Positions 45,908-56,304 are shown, numbered from the stretch's first letter. The stretch is 64,000 nt of DNA from Nitrospirota bacterium (GCA_029858565.1 JAOUEV010000001.1:96001-160000), one strand, 5' to 3'. Numbers and translations are program-made. Notes: a model not told the origin generated them from the letters alone.

Positions 45908-48463
45908 CTACATTGTCATCCGAGGATCCTGCTGATCGTCCATCGGTCTTCTCTTGCCAAGAGCAGGCGATAAATTACTCAATTCCTCAGATCCGAAAAT
46001 GAAGTATTGCGGTGATTCTGCCGGGTCTTCACTAAGATCGATCCGGAAATACTCTGATTGGCCGCCTATCATTTTGATCAATCTCGTGCCTGTGCTCTCT
46101 TTGCGAAGGTCTCCGCCCACTTCCTGCTGGAACCTGTTCAACGCCTGGACCGAGTTCCATCCCGGGGACCAGTACCGGGAAATGAGCGGAGCGGGCGGCT
46201 GCTGTTCCGAGCCTTCCATGGAAAAGGCGAGCGGGCTGTCCGCGTCATACGCGGGTTTTGGTTCATGAACGGTTCGGTCGGCGATCATGGAGGTCCTGCC
46301 GCTGTAACGGTGCGACTGGCGGGGAACCTTCTGGCCGGCGATCCGGAAACCTGCAGGAGGCACCAGATCGGCCAGCTCCGCGAAGAGCGGCAGTTCCCGG
46401 CTCATCTTGCGGATAATGTCGTCTAAGGTCGCGAAACCGCCGGGAGCCGGGTGTTGCGTCGCCATCATTATAGCATTGATCCACTTCCAGCCTGCTTGAA
46501 TATCTCCTCTTGGCACGAAGACCTCATTGTACCGCTGCGGCCGGGTCTCGTAATTGATCAGCGTTCCGGATGATTCTGCAAAGGTCGCCGCGGGCAGGAC
46601 AACGTCAGCCTGGTCAGCTGTTCGATGCATGATATGGTCAAGAACGATGATATTCTTCGCTCTTCCGAGGAACTGTTCGACGCTTGCTTCGTCAGCTCTG
46701 CGGTAGAGGTCGTTCTCCAGGATAATGACCGTGTCCGCTAAACCATCCTGCATGACCGTGAATGCCTCGTCAAGGGTCCTTCCGCCAAGGAGTGCTGCAC
46801 CTAGGGTGTTGCATTCATGTACTGCGAATGCTAATTGCACAGCTTTTCCCTTTAGCTGGAGCGCCCGGGCGATGTTCGCTGCTGTTTGTACTACTCCCGT
46901 GCTTTGGCAGCCTGTCCCGGATACGATCAGAGGATGCTTGGCATTCATGAGAACCGTTGCGATCTCTTTGGCAAGAGCGTCAACGTCCTGCCCCCTCACT
47001 TCGGTCCTCTCTCCAGAGGATAAGGGAGGGATATTGGGATCGAGCTTCTGAGATATCGCTGACGCCAGCCGAACAATGTCCTGGATCGGAACGTGCGCTG
47101 TCTTTGCCGCGACATCATCGAGCCGGGTCTCTGCAGGAGAAATGATGTAGACCGGGCTTTTCGCGCTCTGCCCTGCGTTCCGCACGGCATTATCGTCCCA
47201 GAGCGGCAGTTTCATGGCTGCCGCGATCTCGAACTGTTTGTTCCTGCTTGCCTGACGCACTGCAAGGGCCATCAGGGGGGCTGTATTCGGTAGGTCCTCG
47301 CCAAGTATCAGGACAGCATCGGCGGCCTGTATCTCTCGGAGCGAAGGAGAAGAGGCAGGGCTGTTCTTCTGAATGTCGATAATCAGCGAAACAAGGGATT
47401 GTTCCTCGTTCCCAATGCCGCTGAAAAAGCTATTCTCCCCGGCCAGCGTTCTGAGAGCGAAGTTCGATTCCAGCGACGCACGGGGCGAGCCTATGGCTAT
47501 GACGCCTTTTGCTTTGGACAGGATATCGGCGATATGGGTGAGTACCGTCTCTCTATCAGCTGGCTTCCCCCCCTCGCCCCGGCCCTCTCCCGCGGGGGGA
47601 GAGGGAGATTTTACCAGGGGAGTGCGGATGCGCTTATGGCTGTTCACGAACTCGTACCCGAACCTGCCCCGGTCGCAGAGGAAATAACCGTTAATGTCGC
47701 GGTTATAGCGGTTCATGATGCGCCGCAGAGACCCGTATCGTTCACCGGCGATGGTATTGCACCCCACGCCGCAATGGACGCAGATGGACGGCGCCGTCTG
47801 GAGGTCCCACTTGCGGGTGTAATGCTCCTTGAGGGTCTTGTCCGTGAACACGCCGGTGGGACAGATCTCGATCAGGTTGCCGCTGAACTCGCTTTCGAGG
47901 GGGCCGTCCGCGTGCCTGCCGAAATAGACGTGGTCGTGGGCGCCAAAGACGTTCAGGTCCCTGCCGCCGGCCACACCTCGATAGAAGCGGACGCAGCGGT
48001 AGCACTGGATGCAGCGGTTCATCTCATGATTGAGAAAGGGGCCCAGGTCCTGGTTCTGGTGCGTGCGTTTTCTGAAACGGCTCCGCCGATAATTATGGCC
48101 CGTCATGACCGTCATATCCTGGAGATGGCATTCTCCTCCTTCGTCGCAGACCGGACAGTCATGGGGATGGTTCAGCATGAGCTGTTCGACAATGCCCTTT
48201 CTGAACGCCCGGGCTTCGGGGTCGTCCACGGAGATGCGCAGTCCTTCGGAAACCGGCGTCATGCAGGACATGATGATGCGGCCCTTGGCATCCTTGTCAT
48301 CCTTGTACTGCTTCACCGCGCATTGCCTGCATGCGCCCACGGCATGCAGGGCCGGGTGCCAGCAGAAGTAAGGCAGGTCAAAGCCCAGGGAGAGGCAGGC
48401 CTGGAGGAGGTTCTGGTCAGGCTTGACCTGGTGGGGTTTGTTGTCGATAAAAATCGTCACCAT
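45908..48463 (-). CDS. nuoG: NADH-quinone oxidoreductase subunit G
   Basis: FCWHP, GACRQC, HPHDCPVC, RCIQCYRC, CVHCGVGC. Confidence 0.95.
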   Translation of the reverse strand: MVTIFIDNKPHQVKPDQNLLQACLSLGFDLPYFCWHPALHAVGACRQCAVKQYKDDKDAKGRIIMSCMTPVSEGLRISVDDPEARAFRKGIVEQLMLNHPHDCPVCDEGGECHLQDMTVMTGHNYRRSRFRKRTHQNQDLGPFLNHEMNRCIQCYRCVRFYRGVAGGRDLNVFGAHDHVYFGRHADGPLESEFSGNLIEICPTGVFTDKTLKEHYTRKWDLQTAPSICVHCGVGCNTIAGERYGSLRRIMNRYNRDINGYFLCDRGRFGYEFVNSHKRIRTPLVKSPSPPAGEGRGEGGKPADRETVLTHIADILSKAKGVIAIGSPRASLESNFALRTLAGENSFFSGIGNEEQSLVSLIIDIQKNSPASSPSLREIQAADAVLILGEDLPNTAPLMALAVRQASRNKQFEIAAAMKLPLWDDNAVRNAGQSAKSPVYIISPAETRLDDVAAKTAHVPIQDIVRLASAISQKLDPNIPPLSSGERTEVRGQDVDALAKEIATVLMNAKHPLIVSGTGCQSTGVVQTAANIARALQLKGKAVQLAFAVHECNTLGAALLGGRTLDEAFTVMQDGLADTVIILENDLYRRADEASVEQFLGRAKNIIVLDHIMHRTADQADVVLPAATFAESSGTLINYETRPQRYNEVFVPRGDIQAGWKWINAIMMATQHPAPGGFATLDDIIRKMSRELPLFAELADLVPPAGFRIAGQKVPRQSHRYSGRTSMIADRTVHEPKPAYDADSPLAFSMEGSEQQPPAPLISRYWSPGWNSVQALNRFQQEVGGDLRKESTGTRLIKMIGGQSEYFRIDLSEDPAESPQYFIFGSEELSNLSPALGKRRPMDDQQDPRMTM

Positions 48464-48468
48464 AGACT

Positions 48469-48947
48469 TTTAGCCACGGAAGAGGCGGATACTTCTATAA
48501 AAAAGCACAGTAAACCTCTTTTGCGAACGTAAGGATTATCTAAAGTACACGACGGACTATTTTCAATTTATCAGCGAAATTGATGAGAAGGCCTACTTTC
48601 TTGCCGGTGGCCTTCAGGTAATTGATAAGCTGTGCTTCGTGAATCTTTGCCAGCTCAGAAACTGCTTTAAGTTCGACTATGACGGCGTCCTCGACAAGAA
48701 GGTCAGCGAAATATTCACCTACGAGCTTTTCCTCAAAGAATACGCTGATGGGAGCTTGTTGGCCCGCTTGCAGGCCTTTTGAAGCCAGCTTGATCATCAT
48801 GGCATTCTCATATACTTTCTCGGCAAAACCAAAGCCCAGCTGATTATGAACGTCGTAGGCAGCAGAAATGATCTTGTCGGTAATATCGGCAAGATGCAGG
48901 TTCGATTCTGTTGTTGTCATGTGTTATCCGCCTCTTCCGTGGCTAAA
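48469..48947. mobile_element. 479-bp element with perfect 23-bp terminal inverted repeats carrying a GxxExxY gene
   Basis: TTTAGCCACGGAAGAGGCGGATA (48469-48491) / TATCCGCCTCTTCCGTGGCTAAA (48925-48947); mobility inferred. Confidence 0.65.
48540..48920 (-). CDS. GxxExxY protein (PD-(D/E)XK nuclease superfamily)
   Basis: VH..LG.GF.EKVY, ADLLVE..VIVELKA, AQLINYLKAT...GLLINF. Confidence 0.92.
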   Translation of the reverse strand: MTTTESNLHLADITDKIISAAYDVHNQLGFGFAEKVYENAMMIKLASKGLQAGQQAPISVFFEEKLVGEYFADLLVEDAVIVELKAVSELAKIHEAQLINYLKATGKKVGLLINFADKLKIVRRVL

Positions 48948-50223
48948 TAGATTTCCAGGGACAATGTTTGTTGTTGATATGCGATTCAAAATCCTCCAGG
49001 AAATACTTCAACGCGCTCTGGAGAGGCTCCACCGCTCCCGGCGCCAGGGCGCAGAAGGTATTGCCCGGTCCGAGAAGCCTGCACTGTTCCGTAAGCAGGT
49101 CCAGATCTGACATTTCGCCCTTGCCTGTCTCAATGGCCTGGAGCGTCCTTTCGATCCATGGCAGGCCTTCGCGGCAGGGCGTGCACCAGCCACAGGACTC
49201 GCGGCGGAAGAACTTTTCCAGACTATGCACGAACCCGACCGGGCAGGTCCGGTCATCGAGCACGGTGATCGTCCCGGTGCCCATGCGGCTGCCCGCTTTC
49301 ATGACCGAGTCGAAGTCCATTCTGACGTTCATGTGATCCGGCGTCAGGAAGTCGGTTGAAGCGCCGCCAGGCATAAATGCCCTCAGGCGGTAACCATCCA
49401 TCATGCCCCCGGCCTGCTCCTCGATCAGGTCGCTGACCATCGTTCCCATGGGCAATTCCCAGAGACCCGGGTTCCTGACCCTGCCGCTGACTCCATAGAT
49501 CTTCGTACCGCTATCATTGATCCCGCCGATCGACTTGAACCAGTCAGCACCGTTGTTCACGATATGGGGAAGGTTTACCACCGTTTCCACATTGTTCACT
49601 ACCGTCGGCCGTCCCCAGAGACCGGAGACCTGGGGAAAGGGCGGTTTGGCGCGCGGGGTGGCGCGTTTGCCTTCCAGCGCATTTATCAAGGCGGTCTCTT
49701 CGCCGCAGATATACCTGCCGGCGCTGGTGTGGATCCGCAGATCAAGCGAGAATCCGGAGCCGAGGATGTTTTCGCCCAACAGCTTATTTTCGTATGCTTC
49801 TGCAATGGCCTTGTTCAGCAGCAGCTCCGCACGGCCGTATCCCTGGCGCAGGAATATGTACGCATGGGAAGCCTGGATCGCATAAGCGGCCACGACGATG
49901 CCTTCAATGAGCTGGTGAGGATCTCCTTCGAGCAGGTAACGGTCCTTGAACGCTCCTGGCTCCATTTCATCGGCATTCACAATGAAGTACTTTTGTTTTG
50001 GCGCGTTCTCACCCATGGGCACAAAGCTCCACTTCATGCCTGTGGGAAAACCCGCGCCGCCGCGACCCCGAAGGTTCGATGCCTTTACTTGGACCTGCAC
50101 ATCCTGCGGGGACATGGTCGAGAGCATCGTACGGACGGCCCGGTATCCGCCGGCCTGCTCGTATTCCATGAGCGATAGCGGGTCCTCGTTGGGCCGGATG
50201 TTCTTTGTCAGTGGTCGTTCCAT
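48943..50223 (-). CDS. nuoF: NADH-quinone oxidoreductase subunit F
   Basis: LRGRGGAGF, NADEMEPG, YICGEETAL, ESCGWCTPCREG. Confidence 0.96.
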   Translation of the reverse strand: MERPLTKNIRPNEDPLSLMEYEQAGGYRAVRTMLSTMSPQDVQVQVKASNLRGRGGAGFPTGMKWSFVPMGENAPKQKYFIVNADEMEPGAFKDRYLLEGDPHQLIEGIVVAAYAIQASHAYIFLRQGYGRAELLLNKAIAEAYENKLLGENILGSGFSLDLRIHTSAGRYICGEETALINALEGKRATPRAKPPFPQVSGLWGRPTVVNNVETVVNLPHIVNNGADWFKSIGGINDSGTKIYGVSGRVRNPGLWELPMGTMVSDLIEEQAGGMMDGYRLRAFMPGGASTDFLTPDHMNVRMDFDSVMKAGSRMGTGTITVLDDRTCPVGFVHSLEKFFRRESCGWCTPCREGLPWIERTLQAIETGKGEMSDLDLLTEQCRLLGPGNTFCALAPGAVEPLQSALKYFLEDFESHINNKHCPWKSI

Positions 50224-50232
50224 AGAATCTTA

Positions 50233-50325
50233 TTTAGACACTGAGGACACTGAAAAAATATGAATGACTCAACATCAGAAGTTTCTTCGTCTTCTCATAT
50301 GTTGTCAGTGTCCTCAGTGTCTAAA
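50233..50325. repeat. 93-bp element with perfect 21-bp inverted repeats
   Basis: TTTAGACACTGAGGACACTGA / TCAGTGTCCTCAGTGTCTAAA. Confidence 0.85.
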
Positions 50326-50326
50326 A

Positions 50327-50791
50327 TCAGCTGTATTTGCTTAATATCTCATCAATTGTTTCCGGCGTCACCGGTCCGAACAGTTCGTCGTCCACCATCA
50401 TGGCAGGCGCGCGGTCGCAGGCGCCGAGGCATGAGGCAGGGAGGAGCGTGAACCTGTTGTCTCCGGTTGTCTCGCCGTATCCGATCCCGAGCTTTGTGCT
50501 GATCAGCTTATACAGGTCATCATGCCCCAGGGACCAGCAGACCATGCTGTCGCAGAGCGCGATCACATGGCGGCCGACAGGCTTGCGGAAGATGAAGCTG
50601 TAGAACGTGGCAACAGCGTCCAGTTCGGCAGGCGTCATGGAGAGCTGCGCTGCAACATCCCGCAGGCTCGCGTCGGATACCCATCCTCGCTTTTTCTGCA
50701 CCACGCGCAAGGCCTCGATGGCCGCCGCTTCCGGCCGTTCGCAGTGCTTCAGTTCCTCGGATATTTCCTGTTTTTCCTGCTCAGTCAGCAT
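50327..50791 (-). CDS. nuoE: NADH-quinone oxidoreductase subunit E
   Basis: VATFY, CDSMVC, CLGAC. Confidence 0.95.
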   Translation of the reverse strand: MLTEQEKQEISEELKHCERPEAAAIEALRVVQKKRGWVSDASLRDVAAQLSMTPAELDAVATFYSFIFRKPVGRHVIALCDSMVCWSLGHDDLYKLISTKLGIGYGETTGDNRFTLLPASCLGACDRAPAMMVDDELFGPVTPETIDEILSKYS

Positions 50792-50865
50792 ATCCAGTCA
50801 ATTCCTGCCTCCAGGGGGGAGAGGGGCCTATATATCTGATCTTACCCTGCGTCTCCGTGTCCAAT

Positions 50866-52614
50866 TTATCTATCCAAATCCGCCAGAATAAAATCAATGC
50901 TCCCCAGGATCGCCATGAGGTCGGCGATCATCAGACCTTTTGCGATCTTCGGCACCATCTGCATGTGCGGGAACGAAGGCGTGCGGATGCGGGTGCGGTA
51001 GGAGTGGATGCCTCCGTCGCTCACGAGATAATATCCGTTGCTGCCCTTTGTCGCTTCGATGCCCATGAACGCCTCGCCCGCTGGTATGACCGGGCCCCAG
51101 GATAGGCCCAGAAAATGGGTGATCAGGGTCTCAATGTCCTTCAGGGTCCGTTCCTTGCGCGGCGGGGTCGTGAGCGGGTGATCGGATTTATAGGATCCCT
51201 CGGGCATGTTCTTCATGCACTGTTCAACGATCCGCATGCTCTGGCGGATCTCCTCGATGCGGACCACGGCGCGGTCATAGCAGTCGCCGTTCACTGCAGT
51301 GGGGATATCGAAGTCGAACATCTCGTAGCCCGAGTAAGGCCGCTTCCTTCGAAAGTCCCAATCGAGTCCGCAGGCGCGGAGACCCGGTCCGGTCACTCCC
51401 CACTCGACCGCATCTTCGAGCGAATAGGCGCCGACTCCCCGGGTCCTTCCTTTGAAGATGCTGTTCCGCATGACGATACTGTCGTATTCCTTGAGCCGGT
51501 GCGGAAGATAGGCGAGGAAATCCCTCACCAGCCGGTCCCAGCCTTTTGGCAGGTCCTGAGAAACACCGCCGATCCGGAACCAGGCCGGGTGCATGCGGCC
51601 GCCGCAGACCGCTTCGACGATCTCAAAGACCTTTTCCCGGTCAGAGAAAGTGTAGAACACCGGAGACAAGGCCCCCACGTCCTGGGCAAAGGTGCCGTAC
51701 CAGACCAGATGGCTCTGGATGCGGAACAGCTCTGCCATCATCACGCGGATAACCTTTACCCGGTCGGGCACCTCGATCCCCGCGAGCTTCTCGACCGCCA
51801 GTACATATGCCAGGTTGTTCATGACACCGCCGAAGTAGTCGATGCGGTCCGTGTAGGGAATGAAGGTGTGCCAGGTCTGGCGCTCGGCCATCTTTTCCGC
51901 GCCGCGGTGATGATAGCCGATGTCCGGGACAGCGTCCACGATCTCTTCTCCGTCGAGCTGCAGGATGATGCGCAGGAGACCGTGCGTACCCGGGTGCTGG
52001 GGGCCAAGGTTCAGGAACAGGTGGTCCGTGCCGTCCTTTGCCGGCGCCATGCCCCATTCCTCGGGCCGGAACTTGAGCGCCTGCTGCGCAATGTCCATCT
52101 GGTCCTCGGGCATGCGGAACTGTCCCATTTCCGTTGCCCGCGCGGGATGCTCCTTCCTGAGCGGGTGGCCTTCCCATGCGGGCGGCAGCAGGATGCGCTT
52201 GAGATGGGGGTGGCCGTTGAAGCGGATGCCGAAGAGGTCCCATGCTTCCCGTTCGTACCAGTTCGCGTTCCGCCAGAGTCCGGTGATGGACGGCAGGGTG
52301 TGAGTATCTCCCAGGAGCGGGACCTTGATCCTGATGTCCTCGTTCCGGTCAAAGGACAGCAGGTGGTACACAACAGTGAAATCGGACATGGGCTGGTCTG
52401 GTCTGTTCGTCCGCGTGCGTTCGTCAATGACCGTGAGGTCATAGAGCATTTTGTAGGGCCGGCCGATCTTCGTCTTGAGATGCAGGAGTACGTCGGCGGT
52501 CCGGTCAGGGGAGATCCAGAGCGTGGGGATGTTGTCCTTTGCGGGCTGTACCGCGAGGATCGCGGGGCCGAAGGAGCTGCTTAGGTCGGCGATGATAGGG
52601 TTAGGAAAAGTCAT
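50866..52614 (-). CDS. nuoC: fused NADH-quinone oxidoreductase subunit C/D
   Basis: [40 protein letters not shown]. Confidence 0.95.
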   Translation of the reverse strand: MTFPNPIIADLSSSFGPAILAVQPAKDNIPTLWISPDRTADVLLHLKTKIGRPYKMLYDLTVIDERTRTNRPDQPMSDFTVVYHLLSFDRNEDIRIKVPLLGDTHTLPSITGLWRNANWYEREAWDLFGIRFNGHPHLKRILLPPAWEGHPLRKEHPARATEMGQFRMPEDQMDIAQQALKFRPEEWGMAPAKDGTDHLFLNLGPQHPGTHGLLRIILQLDGEEIVDAVPDIGYHHRGAEKMAERQTWHTFIPYTDRIDYFGGVMNNLAYVLAVEKLAGIEVPDRVKVIRVMMAELFRIQSHLVWYGTFAQDVGALSPVFYTFSDREKVFEIVEAVCGGRMHPAWFRIGGVSQDLPKGWDRLVRDFLAYLPHRLKEYDSIVMRNSIFKGRTRGVGAYSLEDAVEWGVTGPGLRACGLDWDFRRKRPYSGYEMFDFDIPTAVNGDCYDRAVVRIEEIRQSMRIVEQCMKNMPEGSYKSDHPLTTPPRKERTLKDIETLITHFLGLSWGPVIPAGEAFMGIEATKGSNGYYLVSDGGIHSYRTRIRTPSFPHMQMVPKIAKGLMIADLMAILGSIDFILADLDR

Positions 52615-52628
52615 AAAAACAAGCCATG

Positions 52629-52784
52629 TTTTACCGCAGAGGACGCGGAGGACGCCGAGAAAAGCCTAAAAAAAGCGCAAGAGCCGATCCTGTTTTAGAA
52701 GGATAAAACTAATGCAAACAGGCTCATATGCTCCATAAGAATATATCTGACCTTTGAATTTCTCTGCGTCCTCTGCGGTGAAAA
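52629..52784. repeat. inverted-repeat element (CGCAGAG family)
   Basis: ACCGCAGAGGACGC ... GCGTCCTCTGCGGT. Confidence 0.8.
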
Positions 52785-52795
52785 AGCCGTTTTTG

Positions 52796-53410
52796 TTAGA
52801 CTTCATCGGGTGAACGCAGCACCGAAGCCTTCACCCGTTCCGCCCGCTTCATATCCCTCATGCATGGCGGTTCGGGAGCGGTCGTATCCTGCCGTCCCGC
52901 GACCCAGGACAGGGGGCGTTTCTCCTTGCCCACCTTGGCGCTCAGGAGCAGGAGCCCTTCCATGAAGGCTTCGGGCCGGGGAGGGCAGCCGGGAACGTAG
53001 ACGTCAACGGGCAGGAGCTTGTCGACTCCCTGGACCACGCTGTAGATATCGTACATGCCGCCGGAATTGGCGCAGGAGCCCATGGAGATTACCCAGCGGG
53101 GCTCCATCATCTGTTCGTAGAGCCGTTTGATCACCGGCGCCATCTTGATGAACACCGTGCCGGCCACGATCATGAGGTCAGCTTCGCGGGGCGTGCCCCG
53201 GAGCACTTCTGCGCCATACCGCGCGATGTCGTACTTGCTCGTAAGGCTGGCGGCCATCTCCACGTAGCAGCACGAGAGGCCGAAATTGAAGGGCCAGATC
53301 GAGTTCTTCCGGCCCCAGGCGACCATGTCCTCAAGCCGCGTCAGGAGCAGGCTTTGGCGCACTGCGTCGTCAATGTCTGGGATGCTGCTTCTGGTTGTAG
53401 ACCAGTTCAT
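52796..53410 (-). CDS. nuoB: NADH-quinone oxidoreductase subunit B
   Basis: [26 protein letters not shown]. Confidence 0.96.
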   Translation of the reverse strand: MNWSTTRSSIPDIDDAVRQSLLLTRLEDMVAWGRKNSIWPFNFGLSCCYVEMAASLTSKYDIARYGAEVLRGTPREADLMIVAGTVFIKMAPVIKRLYEQMMEPRWVISMGSCANSGGMYDIYSVVQGVDKLLPVDVYVPGCPPRPEAFMEGLLLLSAKVGKEKRPLSWVAGRQDTTAPEPPCMRDMKRAERVKASVLRSPDEV

Positions 53411-53555
53411 ACGTTATAATCCCCGGAGCGGGTCAGCTTTAGAGCTTTAAGCGGTAGAGCGGTAAGCAGCCACAACCAGTTATAGAGCATTAAGCGGTAG
53501 AACCGTTAGCAACCGACTGTTTATCTTCCCTTTGTGCCTGCTTACGGCTTATCGC

Positions 53556-53936
53556 TTACTGCTTGCGACTCGATTTAACCTTTCCCCAGTCAAGAGCTCC
53601 CTGACGCAAGATGTACATGAACGCGACGGCGAACACCCCGGTGAACAGCAGGACCTCCACGTACCCGGTCCACCCGATCTCCCTCACCGACAGTGCCCAG
53701 ATGTACAGATAGACCGCCTCGACATCGAAGATAAGAAAGAACATGGCGATGAGGTAGAACTTGACGTCGAACCGGCCGCCCACGGTGCCGGTGGACTGTA
53801 CCCCGGACTCATAGGGCTCATCGGTCGCGCGCTCATGGTGGCGCTGGCCAAGCAGGGCCGAGAGCGCAACAATGAACGCGACAATGGTGACCGTCGCAAG
53901 GAAGTACAGGACCAGCGGGAACAAAGGACCATCCAA
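53556..53936 (-). CDS. nuoA: NADH-quinone oxidoreductase subunit A (start uncertain: TTG 53936 or ATG 53972)
   Basis: PYESG, KFYLIAMFFLIFDVE, GALDW. Confidence 0.92.
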   Translation of the reverse strand: MDGPLFPLVLYFLATVTIVAFIVALSALLGQRHHERATDEPYESGVQSTGTVGGRFDVKFYLIAMFFLIFDVEAVYLYIWALSVREIGWTGYVEVLLFTGVFAVAFMYILRQGALDWGKVKSSRKQ

Positions 53937-54121
53937 GGCGATTTCGCTCCTGTTATTGCTTTTCTCAAGCATACCGAGTGCCCGGGGGAATGTCAAGCAG
54001 GCATAAGCGGAATGCGCGGTCCGCGCGGGTCTTTCATTCGGCCATATAGCCGTTGACAAGTCCTGTCAACGCTGCTAATCTACACAGGTCTGCGCCAAAC
54101 CACCATACTGAAGGAGAGAAC

Positions 54122-54835
54122 ATGAAGAGAACGGTCACCATGCTAGTGTGTCTGTGCCTGATAGCGCCGGCCGCGATAGCGGCGGAGAAGGGCAAGTTCA
54201 AGACCAAGAAAGAACAGCTGAGCTACAGCCTCGGCTATGATATGGCAACCAATTTCAAGCGGACCGAGCTCGACGTCGATCCCGCCATGATCATGCAGGG
54301 AATGAAGGATGCCCAGGCCGGAAAACCGAAAATGTCAGAAGAGGAGATGCGCGAGGTCCTGATGGAGGCTCAGCAGAAGTTCCGGACCAAGCAGCAGGAG
54401 CTGATGGCGAAGCAGCAGGAACAGCGCAAATCACAGGGGGAGAAGAATAAGAAGGAAGGCGAGGCTTTTCTTGAAGAGAACAAGAAAAAACCGGGCATCG
54501 TGACGCTGCCGAGCGGTCTGCAGTACAAGATGCTTGTGGAAGGAAAGGGCAAATCGCCCAAGGCAACGGACAAGGTTACGGTCAACTATCGGGGGACGCT
54601 GATCGACGGAACCGAGTTCGACAGTTCCTATAAGCGCAATCAACCGGCGACGTTCGCGCTGAACCAGGTCATCAAGGCCTGGACCGAAGGCGTCCAGCTC
54701 ATGAAAGAAGGCGGGAAGATCCAGCTTTTTGTGCCGTCCGAGCTTGGATATGGAGACCGGGGCGCGGGAGCGCAGATCGGACCCAACGCCGTGCTGATCT
54801 TCGAGGTCGAGCTGATCTCGGTGGCGGCTGAGTAG
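54122..54835 (+). CDS. FKBP-type PPIase (FkpA/Mip-like)
   Basis: signal peptide, SYSLG, SGLQY, YRGTLIDGTEFDSS. Confidence 0.92.
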   Translation: MKRTVTMLVCLCLIAPAAIAAEKGKFKTKKEQLSYSLGYDMATNFKRTELDVDPAMIMQGMKDAQAGKPKMSEEEMREVLMEAQQKFRTKQQELMAKQQEQRKSQGEKNKKEGEAFLEENKKKPGIVTLPSGLQYKMLVEGKGKSPKATDKVTVNYRGTLIDGTEFDSSYKRNQPATFALNQVIKAWTEGVQLMKEGGKIQLFVPSELGYGDRGAGAQIGPNAVLIFEVELISVAAE

Positions 54836-54867
54836 GCCGGATCGGTGCCGGCGGCCCGGAGGATACC

Positions 54868-55515
54868 GTGGTGAAACAACTCTTCAGAGTGTTGATCGCA
54901 TCTGCGATACTGCTGGCGGGTGTCCTGGCGGCAGGCGCGGAAGCGGCTGAACAAACACCAACGACCGCTGACGCATGGTTCTTTCGCGGAGGGGAGCTCG
55001 CGTCGCAGGGCGCTCTGGAAGCGGCGCATAATGCGTTCTCAAAAGCGATCGAGATGAATGCGCGCATGGCCGAGGCCTTTGTCAGCAGGGGCATGGTGCA
55101 CGAGCGGTTGAGAAGAACGAAGGAGGCGATCGCAGATTATACATCCGCTCTCGCCATCAACAGGAACTTCGCGCAGGCATACAACAACCGGGGGATGGTC
55201 CTGTTCCGCGGCCAGCGGTTCCAGCCTGCCTTGGACGACTTGAGCGAGGCTGTCAGCCTTGATGGGAATAACTCGTCCTATCGGGCTAACCGGGCTGCCG
55301 TCTATGCCCGCCTGAAGAACTACGACAAGGCCATCGCGGACTATACCGCGGCGGTCCTGATCGATCCGGACAATGCCGATGCCTACGCCGGTCGGGGAGC
55401 CGCTCACTATTCCCGGGGGGATCGCTCCAAGGCCGTGACCGACCTGAAATTGGCCTGTTCGCGAGGCAGCGAAGCAGGATGCAGGAGCCTGAAGGCTGTG
55501 AACGGCCGAAAGTGA
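54868..55515 (+). CDS. exported TPR protein
   Basis: AYNNRG, AIADY repeats. Confidence 0.82.
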   Translation: MVKQLFRVLIASAILLAGVLAAGAEAAEQTPTTADAWFFRGGELASQGALEAAHNAFSKAIEMNARMAEAFVSRGMVHERLRRTKEAIADYTSALAINRNFAQAYNNRGMVLFRGQRFQPALDDLSEAVSLDGNNSSYRANRAAVYARLKNYDKAIADYTAAVLIDPDNADAYAGRGAAHYSRGDRSKAVTDLKLACSRGSEAGCRSLKAVNGRK

Positions 55516-55522
55516 GGCGATA

Positions 55523-56098
55523 ATGAAAGTGCTGGCTATCAATGGAAGCGCGCGCAAGGACGGGAACACGGCGCTGCTGCTCAACACGGTCATGGCCGAG
55601 CTTTCGACCCAGGGGATCGAGACCGAGCTCTACCAGCTGGCGGGCAAGCCCATCCAGGGCTGCATTGCCTGTTATAAGTGTTTTCAGAACAAGAACAAAC
55701 GGTGCGCAGTGGACAAGGACATTGCCAACGAATGCATCGAGAAGATGCTTTCCGCCGACGGCATCCTCCTGGGTTCGCCGACCTATTTTGCCGACCTGTC
55801 CGCAGGCATGAAGGCCCTGATCGAACGGAGCGGCATGGTCGCCAGGGCCAACGGGAACATGTTCCGCAGAAAAGCCGGGGCAGGGGTCGTAGCCGTTCGA
55901 CGGGCCGGCGCCATGCACGTATTCAGCTCGCTGAACGCCTTCTTTCTGATCAGCGAAATGGTCATCCCGGGATCGAGCTACTGGAACCTGGGGCGGGGCA
56001 GGGAACCGGGCGAGGTCAGGAACGACGAGGAAGGCATGCAGACCATGAAGACGCTGGGCCAGAACATGGCCTGGCTGATGAAGCAGCTGGGGAAATAA
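55523..56098 (+). CDS. iron-sulfur flavoprotein (flavodoxin-fold)
   Basis: NGS.RKDGNT, CIACYKC......C, GSPTY. Confidence 0.88.
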   Translation: MKVLAINGSARKDGNTALLLNTVMAELSTQGIETELYQLAGKPIQGCIACYKCFQNKNKRCAVDKDIANECIEKMLSADGILLGSPTYFADLSAGMKALIERSGMVARANGNMFRRKAGAGVVAVRRAGAMHVFSSLNAFFLISEMVIPGSSYWNLGRGREPGEVRNDEEGMQTMKTLGQNMAWLMKQLGK

Positions 56099-56304
56099 CG
56101 GCGAATCTTTAAAAGCTATTTATCGCACGAAGCCGCGAAGACACGAAGAAAAATAAAGGCGACTCTTATGAGCCGCCTTTATTTGTGAGTGATGGTAAGT
56201 CTTGCCCCCTCTCCCGACAAGGATGAGGGGCCGCATACGTGATGATCTTGGCGGTTGCTTTTTGCTGTTTCGCACTTCCTTGCTGCTTGCTACGGGCCCT
56301 GCCT

